From Herminiimonas sp. (GTDB lineage Bacteria; Pseudomonadota; Gammaproteobacteria; Burkholderiales; Burkholderiaceae_D): a stretch of DNA of 64,000 bases. The translations under genes were made by a program, and so were the position numbers. Position 1 is the first letter of the stretch, and the number at the start of each line of letters is the position of its first letter. Positions 38,811 through 47,798 of this stretch are shown here, one piece after another. The notes under the pieces were generated by a model. It made no database searches. It was not told the DNA's origin and saw only the letters and a list, made by a program, of their open reading frames with translations. The stretch spans positions 4,237 through 68,236 of the forward strand of contig JAQGMO010000121.1 of NCBI GenBank assembly GCA_028292315.1. The letters run 5' to 3'.

Positions 38811-39707
38811 ATGAATATCGGGATTATCGGCACCGGCCGGATGGGCGCGGCGATCGGCCAGCGCCTGCTTGACTGCGGACATACGCTGACCGTCTGGAAC
38901 CGCACTTTAGAAAAGACCGCTGCCTTGCAGGAACGCGGCGCCCGGGCCGTGGCCTCGCCCGCGGAAGTGGTGAAACACAGCGACGTCATCATTTCGATCC
39001 TGACCGACGCCAGTGCGATAGAGAACACGTATGGCGATGTCGACGTCTTTCCGGGCGCACCTCTGCACGGCAAGCTATTCATTGAAATGAGCACCGTTCG
39101 GCCCGAAACACAAATCGCCCTAGGCGCAAAAATCGCGGCGCGCGGCGGAGCAATAATTGATTGCCCGGTAGGCGGCAGCGTCGGGCCTGCCCGCGACGGC
39201 AAGCTGTTCGGCCTGGTCGGCGGCGCCGACGCGGACGTGGCGCGCGCGCGGCCGCTGCTGGAACAGATGTGCCGCCGTGTCGAGCATGTTGGTCCGTCCG
39301 GCGCCGGCGCGAGCCTGAAGCTTGCGATCAACCTGCCGCTCCTGGTCTTCTATCAATCCTTCGGCGAGGCGCTGTCGCTGGCCTCGTCCCTCAATATCGA
39401 CCCGGCACGCCTGCTGGATATTTTTTCCGACACTTCGGGCGCCCCCGCCATGCTGAAATTACGCGCTGCAACCATAGCCTCGGCTCTTGCGGGAAACAAG
39501 CTGGGCAGCGCGACCTTCAACGTCGACTCCATCCGCAAGGATATGCGCACGATGCAGGAAGAGGCGCGTGCGCTCGGATGGGAACTGCCGGTGACGAGCG
39601 CTGCGCTAAAAAGTTTTGATGAAGCGTCGCAAAATGGACTGGGCGACGCGGACGGCACCCAGTTGCCGGTATGGTGGCTGAATCAAGCGCGGGGAACCGG
39701 CGGCTGA
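38811..39707 (+). CDS. NAD(P)-dependent oxidoreductase, 3-hydroxyisobutyrate dehydrogenase (HIBADH) family
   Basis: 298 aa: MNIGIIGTGRMGAAIGQRLL.. and ..GASLKLAINL.. Confidence 0.85.
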   Translation: MNIGIIGTGRMGAAIGQRLLDCGHTLTVWNRTLEKTAALQERGARAVASPAEVVKHSDVIISILTDASAIENTYGDVDVFPGAPLHGKLFIEMSTVRPETQIALGAKIAARGGAIIDCPVGGSVGPARDGKLFGLVGGADADVARARPLLEQMCRRVEHVGPSGAGASLKLAINLPLLVFYQSFGEALSLASSLNIDPARLLDIFSDTSGAPAMLKLRAATIASALAGNKLGSATFNVDSIRKDMRTMQEEARALGWELPVTSAALKSFDEASQNGLGDADGTQLPVWWLNQARGTGG

Positions 39708-39725
39708 TGGACCCTGCGGCGGCGT

Positions 39726-40706
39726 TCATTCGCCGCGAATGCCGTTTTCACTGATCAGCTTGCCATATTTTGCGGTTTCAGCATTCAGGAAGCTGCGGAA
39801 ATCCGCCTGGCTGGAAGCCATTGCTTCCACGCCGAGGCCCTGGAACTTTTCCTTCAGTTCAGCGTTAACCATTACCTTGGCGAGGTCAGCCTGAAATTTA
39901 TCGGCGACCGCTTTCGGCGTGCCGGCCGGCAGATAGACGCCCCACCAGTTATTCGCAACCAGTCCCTGTATGCCGCCTTCTTCAAAGGTAGGAATGTCCG
40001 GCCACAGCGATGAGCGCGTGGCGCTGGTTAACGCGAGTGCGCGCAGTCTGCCGGAACGGATGTATTGCGCAACCGGCAGGGAATCGGAAATCACCATTTG
40101 AACATGTCCGCCCAGCAGGTCCTGAACCGCAAGAACCCCGCCTTTGTAGGGGATATGTTCGATTTGCATACGCCCTTCGCGCTTCAGCATTTCAGTCGCA
40201 AGATGCGACATGCTGCCGGGCCCGCTGGTGCCATAGTTGATGGTGCCGGGTTTGGCGCGCGCCGCGCTGACCAAGTCCTGCAAGCTCTTGTACGGCGAGT
40301 CGGCCTTGACCACCAGGATGTTCGGCCCGGTCGCTATCAGCGATACCGGGATGAAGTCCCGGTTCATGTCATACGGCACTTTAGTCAGCAACGGGTTGAC
40401 CGCGGCCGGCCCCAGATTGCCTATCACGAAGGAATAACCGTCGGGGGGCAGACGCGCGGCATACTCCATGCCCATCGAGCCGGCCGCGCCCGGCTTGTTT
40501 TCGACCACTACCGGTTGTCCCCACTGTTCGCTCAATTTCTGCGCCAGGATACGGGCCATCAAGTCGGAACTGCCGCCTGGCGGGTAGGTCGCAATCAGGC
40601 GCACCGGGCGGGAAGGATAGGTTTGCGCATTAACTGTTGATGGAAACAGCGTCAAACCGGACACTGTGGCGAATAGCGAGAGGATAGCAGTGACGCGCTT
40701 GAACAT
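39726..40706 (-). CDS. Bug-family (TctC) substrate-binding protein
   Basis: 326 aa. A signal peptide is followed by ..YPSRPVRLIATYPPGGSSDLMARILAQKLSEQWGQPVVVENKPGAAG.. Confidence 0.9.
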   Translation of the reverse strand: MFKRVTAILSLFATVSGLTLFPSTVNAQTYPSRPVRLIATYPPGGSSDLMARILAQKLSEQWGQPVVVENKPGAAGSMGMEYAARLPPDGYSFVIGNLGPAAVNPLLTKVPYDMNRDFIPVSLIATGPNILVVKADSPYKSLQDLVSAARAKPGTINYGTSGPGSMSHLATEMLKREGRMQIEHIPYKGGVLAVQDLLGGHVQMVISDSLPVAQYIRSGRLRALALTSATRSSLWPDIPTFEEGGIQGLVANNWWGVYLPAGTPKAVADKFQADLAKVMVNAELKEKFQGLGVEAMASSQADFRSFLNAETAKYGKLISENGIRGE

Positions 40707-40938
40707 GATGTCTCCATTTTTTATTTATGAGATTAAAGTTACAAAGCACCGCTTGTTGCCGCCTTAAATCCGTTTGACTTTCGCGACAAATCTACTCTAC
40801 ACTTTATTTATCTATAGCTCAATAAGTAAAAAACGCCGCTTCGATGTGAACTCATTGTGAATTTTCCGCCTTTCCGGATTCGGCCTTCAAGGCCGCCGGA
40901 AGCCGGGAACGTTATTCATCCAACCTGGGAAATGCGCC

Positions 40939-41871
40939 ATGAATGCAGAAAATAATCCGGTGGTCGGCGTGCTCGGCCTGGGAATCATGGGTTCAGCGAT
41001 CTCGGCAAATTTGCTGAAGGGCGGCTTCCGTGTAGTCGGATTCGATGTATCTCGCGAGCGTGTCACGGCCTTTTGCGAAAAGGGCGGCGAAGCCGCGGGG
41101 TCGGCGCGCGAGGTCGCCGAAAAGGCCGATATCATGATCAGCCTGCTGCCCAGCGTGGCAGCCCTGGACCAGGTCGTGGCCGGCGACGATGGCATTCTGT
41201 CGGCGGGCCGTTCCGGCCTGATTTTAATTGAATCCAGCACCTTTCCCATAGCCGACAAGCAACGCATTCACGACCTGGCCAAGCCGTCGCTCACCGTGAT
41301 CGACTGCCCTCTCAGCGGCACAGGCGCACAAGCCGTGACGAAAGATTTGACGGTATACGCAAGCGGCGAACAGGCTGCGATAGAACGGTGCATTCCGGTG
41401 TTTAACGGTTTTGCGCGTTCGCATTACCATGTCGGTGAATTCGGCGACGGCAGCAAGATGAAATTCGTCGCCAATCTGCTGGTCGCTGTACATAACGTCG
41501 CAGCCGCCGAAGCATTTGTGCTCGGCATGAAAGCCGGCCTCGATCCGGAAATGATCTACAAGGTGGTGGGCGAAGGTGCCGGTGGTTCGCGCATGTTTTC
41601 TGTTAGGGGACCGCAGATGGTTGCCGGGGAATATGAGCCGCCCACCATGAAAATTGAAGTGTGGCAAAAGGACATGAAGATCATTTCGGAGTTCGCCACT
41701 AACCTGAAATGCCCTACCCCGCTGTTGGCCGCCTCCTCGTCGATTTATACCGCAGCCATGGCGCAAGGCCGCGGTGCGCAGGATACCGCTTCGGTTTGCG
41801 CGGTTATGGAAGAAATGGCGCGCCACGACCGCACGCCGGACCTTGGGCATGACAGCGCAAGCAGGACGTAA
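40939..41871 (+). CDS. NAD(P)-dependent oxidoreductase, HIBADH/6-phosphogluconate dehydrogenase-like family
   Basis: 310 aa: VGVLGLGIMGSAISANLLKGGF.. and ..GSKMKFVANLL.. Confidence 0.85.
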   Translation: MNAENNPVVGVLGLGIMGSAISANLLKGGFRVVGFDVSRERVTAFCEKGGEAAGSAREVAEKADIMISLLPSVAALDQVVAGDDGILSAGRSGLILIESSTFPIADKQRIHDLAKPSLTVIDCPLSGTGAQAVTKDLTVYASGEQAAIERCIPVFNGFARSHYHVGEFGDGSKMKFVANLLVAVHNVAAAEAFVLGMKAGLDPEMIYKVVGEGAGGSRMFSVRGPQMVAGEYEPPTMKIEVWQKDMKIISEFATNLKCPTPLLAASSSIYTAAMAQGRGAQDTASVCAVMEEMARHDRTPDLGHDSASRT

Positions 41872-41945
41872 GCTGTGCGTCCGCGGCCCCTATTGACGAT
41901 TTGAACTATCATTCTGAATGACCTGCCGGCCCAAGGAGAAACAGA

Positions 41946-42692
41946 ATGTCCAAAGTAATGATCGTAACCGGAGCAAGCCGCGGAATCGGCGCAGCCATCG
42001 CTCAACTGGCTGCGCAGCGTGACTTTTCAGTATGTATCAATTATGCGCGCAACGCGGCGATAGCCGATGCCATGGTGGACCAGATTACGCAAGCTGGCGG
42101 CAAGGCGATCGCGGTGCGGGCCGACGTCTCGCGCAAGGAAGAGGCGGTTCATCTGTTCCAGGAAGTGGATAGTCGTCTCGGTACGGTTGACGTACTGATG
42201 AATAATGCCGGCATCATCGGCGATCCCCGGCTGGTCGAAGACCTGGACCCGGCCGCGCTGCAGCAAATTTTTGCCGTTAATGTCTACGGGTCGTTTTACT
42301 GCGCGGGAGAAGCGGTAAAGCGCATGTCGACCCGGTACGGCGGCAAAGGCGGCGCGATAGTCAACCTGTCTTCGGCCGCCGCGCGACATGGCGGACTTCC
42401 GAAAGAAGTCGCTTACGCCGCATCCAAGGGAGCGCTGGACAGCTTCACCCTGGCCCTTGCAAAGGAAGTGGCACGCGACGGGGTTCGCGTTAACGCCGTT
42501 CGTCCCGGCTTGATCGCGACCGATATCCATGACGCGCATGGCGGCCGGGAAGCGATCGCCACGCTCGGCGCCACGGTGCCGATCGGCCGCCCTGGCGCAG
42601 CTTCGGAAGTGGCCGAGACGGCGCTCTGGCTGGCATCGCCTGCCGCTTCCTATATACACGGCGCCCTTATCGACGTATCGGGCGGCCGCTAA
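41946..42692 (+). CDS. SDR-family short-chain dehydrogenase
   Basis: 248 aa with TGASRGIGAAIA, NNAG and the YAASK catalytic motif. Confidence 0.9.
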   Translation: MSKVMIVTGASRGIGAAIAQLAAQRDFSVCINYARNAAIADAMVDQITQAGGKAIAVRADVSRKEEAVHLFQEVDSRLGTVDVLMNNAGIIGDPRLVEDLDPAALQQIFAVNVYGSFYCAGEAVKRMSTRYGGKGGAIVNLSSAAARHGGLPKEVAYAASKGALDSFTLALAKEVARDGVRVNAVRPGLIATDIHDAHGGREAIATLGATVPIGRPGAASEVAETALWLASPAASYIHGALIDVSGGR

Positions 42693-42754
42693 AACAGCCC
42701 CGGAACCCAAGGCCGGGCTGGCGCGAAATACAACCATATGGGGAGACAGGCAGG

Positions 42755-43786
42755 ATGAACAATCAAGCAGTGCGGATGGCAGTGATCGGCTATGGCTGGT
42801 GGGGCAAGATCATTACCGAGACCCTTCAATCGAGTGAGCTCGTCAAAGTGAAGATGGTAGTCGAACCGGATGCAGCCGTACGCGAGAGCGCGCAGCAGGC
42901 AGGCGCGTACAAGGATTTCGAGGTAGCCGGCCATTTCGAGGAAGCGCTGGCCGACCCTGCGATCGAGGCGGTGGTGCTATGTACGCCGCATAAGCTGCAC
43001 GCGGCGCAGATCGGCGCAGCCGCTCGCGCCGGCAAACATGTGTTTTGCGAAAAACCGCTCTGCCTGTCGTACCAGGATGCGGTGGAATCGGTGCAAGCCT
43101 GCCGTTTAGCAAATGTGGTACTGGGTATTGGACATGAGCGCCGCTTCGAACCCGCCATGATCGACTTGCGCAAACGTATCGCCGCAGGCGACCTCGGCAC
43201 CATTCTGCAAATCGAAGGCAATTTCAGCCAGGACAAGTTCTTTTCCCTGCCGCCCGATAACTGGCGGCTTTCCAAGGAGTCGGCCCCGGTCGGCCCGCTC
43301 TCGGCCACCGGCATTCACCTGGTCGACCTGGCAATTGCCGTGCTCGGCCCGGCCAGCATGGTTTGGGCAAGGCTCGGCACGCTCGGCAGCAATTTTTCAA
43401 ATGGCGACACGCTCGGCATCATGCTGGCATTTCCCGGCGGCGCAAACGCCATGATCAGCGCGATACTCGCCACGCCTTTCGAAGGACGCTTTTGTGTATA
43501 CGGCTCGCAGGGATGGATTGAAATTCGTGACCGCACCCATCCCGAGCACCCAACCGGATGGGATATCACCACCTGCCTGCGTGGAAAAGACCGCGAGACG
43601 CATTTCATGCCGCCCCACCCTGCCGTGCGCGCAAACCTCGACGCGTTTGCAAACGCGGTTCGCGGCGTCGCGCCCTATCCCGTGAAGCCGGAGGAAATGC
43701 TGGCAAATGTGGCGGCGCTGGAAGCGATCATGCGTTCGACCGGGACCGGCGCCATTGAAATGATTGCAAACTCCCCCCACGCGTGA
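42755..43786 (+). CDS. Gfo/Idh/MocA-family oxidoreductase
   Basis: 343 aa with VRMAVIGYGWWG.. and the ..HVFCEKPL.. motif. Confidence 0.9.
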   Translation: MNNQAVRMAVIGYGWWGKIITETLQSSELVKVKMVVEPDAAVRESAQQAGAYKDFEVAGHFEEALADPAIEAVVLCTPHKLHAAQIGAAARAGKHVFCEKPLCLSYQDAVESVQACRLANVVLGIGHERRFEPAMIDLRKRIAAGDLGTILQIEGNFSQDKFFSLPPDNWRLSKESAPVGPLSATGIHLVDLAIAVLGPASMVWARLGTLGSNFSNGDTLGIMLAFPGGANAMISAILATPFEGRFCVYGSQGWIEIRDRTHPEHPTGWDITTCLRGKDRETHFMPPHPAVRANLDAFANAVRGVAPYPVKPEEMLANVAALEAIMRSTGTGAIEMIANSPHA

Positions 43787-43802
43787 ATCCAGCGGCCGCG
43801 GC

Positions 43803-44564
43803 ATGACCGGCGAGCTCCATCCGGCCTTCTTTGCCGCCGCTATTCCGGCTGCGGTATTGATCGGCGTTTCCAAAAGCGGTTTTGGCGGTTCGGTGTCGCT
43901 GCTTTCAGTGCCGCTCCTGGCGCTGGTGATCTCGCCCGCCAAGGCGGCCGCCATCATGCTGCCGATGCTGATTCTGGCTGATCTGATCGGGCTCTGGGTG
44001 TTTCGCAACTCGGTCGACTGGCGCAATATTAAAATCATGCTGCCCGGCGCGGTGCTCGGCGTCGCGCTCGGCGCCCTGACATTCCGCATCACCAGCGACA
44101 CATTGCTGCGTGGGATGCTCGGCATAATGTGCCTGGCCTTTGTGCTGCAGCAGACTGTGCTGTCAAAACACCAGCCGCAGCCGAAACAGCCGGACCCGGT
44201 CAAGGGCGGCATTTTGGGTACGTTTTCCGGTTTCACCAGCTTCATTGCCAACGCAGGCGGGCCGCCCTTCCTGATCTATATGGCACCGCAAAAGCTGGAC
44301 CGCATCTTGTTTGCGGGCACTGCAACGGTATTTTTTGCCTGCATCAATTTCATCAAGTTAGGGCCTTTTATCTGGCTCGGACTGTTCAATGCCACGAACC
44401 TGAACGCCACGCTGATTTTATTGCCGGCCGGCCTGGTCGGCTACTTTCTCGGACTCAAGGTGCTGGTGCGCATTGACGGAAAAACGTTTTACCGCGTAAT
44501 TCATGCGGCGCTTTTTGTGACCGGCCTGAAGCTGCTATGGGAGGTATTGGGCGCAATCGGGTAA
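43803..44564 (+). CDS. TauE/SafE-family anion (sulfite/sulfonate) exporter
   Basis: Polytopic membrane protein. The start is trimmed to ATG 43803 (MTGELHPAFFAAAIPAAVLIGVSKSGFGG); the track ORF start 43764 overlaps the previous gene. Confidence 0.8.
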   Translation: MTGELHPAFFAAAIPAAVLIGVSKSGFGGSVSLLSVPLLALVISPAKAAAIMLPMLILADLIGLWVFRNSVDWRNIKIMLPGAVLGVALGALTFRITSDTLLRGMLGIMCLAFVLQQTVLSKHQPQPKQPDPVKGGILGTFSGFTSFIANAGGPPFLIYMAPQKLDRILFAGTATVFFACINFIKLGPFIWLGLFNATNLNATLILLPAGLVGYFLGLKVLVRIDGKTFYRVIHAALFVTGLKLLWEVLGAIG

Positions 44565-44700
44565 AAGTCCGGTTCGGCACACGCTCGTGCGGGCACTTGC
44601 GCGCACCTGGCCGGTTTATCATTCCTGCATGAATCGTGCGGCGGCGGGCGGGTGAATCAAGGCAGCCTGACGATCCGTGCGGATCATCGCGCGCGCATCT

Positions 44701-45216
44701 TTAATCGTGATCAATCTGAAACGCTTCAAGAAACCGCGACACGAGGTTGTAAGCCGCTACCGTGGCGGTCAGTTCAACCAGTTCACGTTCATCAAAGTGC
44801 CGCCGAACCGCTTCGAAAACAGCATCCGGGACATGGATATCGCGTGTCATTGAATCGGTGTATGCCAGCACCGCGTGCTCCAGTTCGCCAAAGCCTTCGC
44901 TGCGTCCCTCGCGCAACCCGTCAAGCTGCGCCTGGCTGATGCCTTCCTTCAAGGCATACGGGATATGCTGCGTGAATTCATAATCGGCGCCGTTGATCAC
45001 GGCAATGCGCAGGATAACCAGCTCGCGAATGCGGCCCGATAGATTGCATTGCTGGCGGATCGCCGTCAGGAAGGCGCGCCAACCCTCCGCAACCGGTGGA
45101 CTGTGCAGCAGCATGCCGTACAAATTGATCAGCTTGCCGCCGCGTTCGGACTTGATTCGATCGACCAGGTTAGCGATTTCCGGATTGGCGGCGTCCGCAT
45201 AAGGGATTCGAGCCAT
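44701..45216 (-). CDS. carboxymuconolactone decarboxylase (AhpD-like) family protein
   Basis: 171 aa with ..LRIAVINGADYEFTQH.. typical of the CMD family. Confidence 0.85.
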   Translation of the reverse strand: MARIPYADAANPEIANLVDRIKSERGGKLINLYGMLLHSPPVAEGWRAFLTAIRQQCNLSGRIRELVILRIAVINGADYEFTQHIPYALKEGISQAQLDGLREGRSEGFGELEHAVLAYTDSMTRDIHVPDAVFEAVRRHFDERELVELTATVAAYNLVSRFLEAFQIDHD

Positions 45217-45495
45217 GGCAGGGTCTCCTTTGTAGGTTTATTTTTAGGGGGCTGCGCGGCAGGGGCCAGCGAAGCGAAACGTGCGAAATCCGAGGACAAT
45301 CTGGCAACACCGACAAGCCCAGGGTGGCCCCCTGGGCGCCGGAGGTGATGCCAAAATTGACCGGTTTCTCGCGCGTTGCAGCCGCTGTCCTTCTGTTGCG
45401 CAGGCCCCTAAGTCTACCCGTTATTGCTCCAATCGGGAGCGGTGGCGCCGCCTTGACGCCGGGAGGTTCGGACCAGCGAGCGATACATCGAGCGC

Positions 45496-45795
45496 TCACC
45501 GTTTTGCAGGATCCACCCCGCGATACCGCTCCACGTAATCAGCATGCTTTTTCATCCGTTCCCCGGTCAGCGGCTTGAACACCCGCTCGGCCGACGCCGG
45601 ATAAGTCAATCGCTTCTCGGCCGGCCGCACCGGCCGCCGCACCAGTTCACCGCCGCAGTTCGGGCAGACGTTCTGCAGGACGCCCGTGGCGCAGGCGCTG
45701 CAAAATGTGCATTCGAATGTGCACATCATCGCATCCAGCGAATCGGCCGGCAGGTCGCGGTCGCAGCATTCACAGTTCGGCCTGAGAGCGAGCAT
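45496..45795 (-). CDS. DUF1272 Cys-rich zinc-ribbon-like protein
   Basis: 99 aa: MLALRPNCECCDRDLP..CTFECTFCSACA..CPNCGGELVRRP. Confidence 0.8.
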   Translation of the reverse strand: MLALRPNCECCDRDLPADSLDAMMCTFECTFCSACATGVLQNVCPNCGGELVRRPVRPAEKRLTYPASAERVFKPLTGERMKKHADYVERYRGVDPAKR

Positions 45796-45805
45796 GCGCG
45801 CCTCG

Positions 45806-46999
45806 TCAGAGTTTTGATGCGATCAGTCGGCCCAGCGTCGCTATGCCTTCGCGGATTTTTTCCGGCGGCACCGTCACGAAACTGAGGCGCATGGTATTCG
45901 ATTCCGGCGTATTCGCATAAAACGGCGCTCCCGGCACAAATGCCACGTGCCGCTCCACGGCTTCCTCAAGCAGCTGCATGGTGTCGATGTGCTTGGGCAG
46001 CGTCACCCAGATGAACATGCCGCCTTCAGGCCTGGTCCAGGTCGCGCCCGCCGGGAAGAACTCGCTCAGCGCCGACAGCATTGCTTCGCACTGATCGGCA
46101 TACAGCGCCCGTATGGTTGGAATATGGCCTTCCAGGAAACCGTCCCGCACTACTTCATGCACCACCATCTGCGTCAGTTGCGCAGTATGCAGGTCGGCCG
46201 CCTGCTTGGCCTGCTCCAGCTTGGCCGTCAGCGGCACCGGCGCCACCAGGTAACCCAGCCGTATTCCCGGCGTAAGAACCTTGGAAAACGATCCCATATA
46301 AATCACGCCGTTCGGATTCATGGTCAGCATTTTCGGCAATGGCTCGCGGCGATAACTGAGTGCGCCATAAGGGTCGTCCTCGATCAGCGGCAAGCCGAGC
46401 CGCGCGCAGGTTTCGACCAGGCCGACGCGGCGTTCCAGCGTCATGCTGCGTCCGGTCGGATTTTGAAAGTTTGGCAATGAGTACAGCATGCGCGCGCCGC
46501 GCCCGATCGAGGCGACCGCCTCCGGCACCAGCCCCGACTCATCGGTCGGCACCGATACGAACTCGGGCCGATACAGTGAAAAAGCCTGCAGCGCCCCGAG
46601 GTAGCTCGGCGTTTCCACCAATACTCTGCTGCCCTCGTCGATCAGGACCTTGCCCAGCAAGTCCAGCCCCTGCTGCGACCCGGACAGCATCAGCACCTGT
46701 TCCGGCACGATGGTCGCTCCATTGATCGACAATGAATCTGCAATCCATTCCCTCAGCGGCGCATAACCATCGCTGGGGCCGTATTGCAAGGCGATCCGCC
46801 CATGGCGCGACAGTACGGTATCGTAGGCCGCGCGCATGCGCTCGACTGGAAAGGTAAGCGGCGATGGCAATCCGCCGGCGAATGAAATCACTTCGGGGCG
46901 CATCGTGACCTTGAGGATTTCGCGAATCGCCGAACTTTGTAATTGCTCCGCGCGTTCCGAGAAACGCCACTGGATCGGATTGGGATTTTCTATTTTCAT
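45806..46999 (-). CDS. PLP-dependent aminotransferase (class I/II, 2-aminoadipate/aromatic aminotransferase-like)
   Basis: 397 aa with the Lys region ..MGSFSKVLTPGIRLGY.. It lies 10 nt upstream of DUF1272 and downstream of RidA. Confidence 0.9.
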   Translation of the reverse strand: MKIENPNPIQWRFSERAEQLQSSAIREILKVTMRPEVISFAGGLPSPLTFPVERMRAAYDTVLSRHGRIALQYGPSDGYAPLREWIADSLSINGATIVPEQVLMLSGSQQGLDLLGKVLIDEGSRVLVETPSYLGALQAFSLYRPEFVSVPTDESGLVPEAVASIGRGARMLYSLPNFQNPTGRSMTLERRVGLVETCARLGLPLIEDDPYGALSYRREPLPKMLTMNPNGVIYMGSFSKVLTPGIRLGYLVAPVPLTAKLEQAKQAADLHTAQLTQMVVHEVVRDGFLEGHIPTIRALYADQCEAMLSALSEFFPAGATWTRPEGGMFIWVTLPKHIDTMQLLEEAVERHVAFVPGAPFYANTPESNTMRLSFVTVPPEKIREGIATLGRLIASKL

Positions 47000-47041
47000 G
47001 CTGCGCTCAAGATTGGAAAAAATTTTTCAGGCGACTTCATT

Positions 47042-47500
47042 TCAGGCGACTTCGACCACCAGTTCGATTTCAACGCAGGCGCCCATCGGTATCTGCGCCA
47101 CGGCGAAAGCCGAACGTGCATGCCGGCCCTGCTCGCCAAAGACTTCATTGATCAATTCGGATGCGCCATTCGCCACCAGGTGCGCCTCGGTAAAATCGGC
47201 AGTGGCATTGACCAGGCACATCGCCTTCACGATACGCCGGACACGGCTGAGGTCGCCATCGCACGCGTTCTGCAGGGTTCCCATCAAATCGATCGCGATC
47301 GCGCGCGCGGCATCCTTGCCCTCGGCAGTGCTCATGGTTTGCCCAAGCTTGCCGACCCACGCCTTGCCATCCTTCTTCGCGATATGGCCCGACACGAAAA
47401 CCGTGTTCCCGGTCTGCACAAATGGGACATAGGCGGCGGCCGGTATGGCCACTGCCGGCAATTCAATATTGAGGGCCTTGAGTTTTTCGTAAATGGACAT
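47042..47500 (-). CDS. RidA/YjgF-family reactive-intermediate deaminase
   Basis: Start trimmed to ATG 47500 (MSIYEKLKALNIELP..). The C-terminal ..ARSAFAVAQIPMGACVEIELVVEV is typical of the family. Confidence 0.85.
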   Translation of the reverse strand: MSIYEKLKALNIELPAVAIPAAAYVPFVQTGNTVFVSGHIAKKDGKAWVGKLGQTMSTAEGKDAARAIAIDLMGTLQNACDGDLSRVRRIVKAMCLVNATADFTEAHLVANGASELINEVFGEQGRHARSAFAVAQIPMGACVEIELVVEVA

Positions 47501-47798
47501 GCTCTGCTCCGGAAAATTTTGCCATTTCAGCCTGCGCCGCAACGACCATGGAATGAACTGCTGATTTTACTCTTAACGCTGCCAATTCTTTGCAATGACG
47601 AAATGTCAGCGCCTGATTCAGTGTCTGATTGTCATCCCCGCTCGATGGCAAGACCCGCGCCGATGGCCGGCACAATTCCCTCACCCGATACCCGGCACCG
47701 GCAAAATACCATGCGATGCATAGTGCGCATCGTACTCGACATGACCAATACAGTACCGGTACAATTCATTAAATAATCTGACCTGGTGTCACGGTAAA

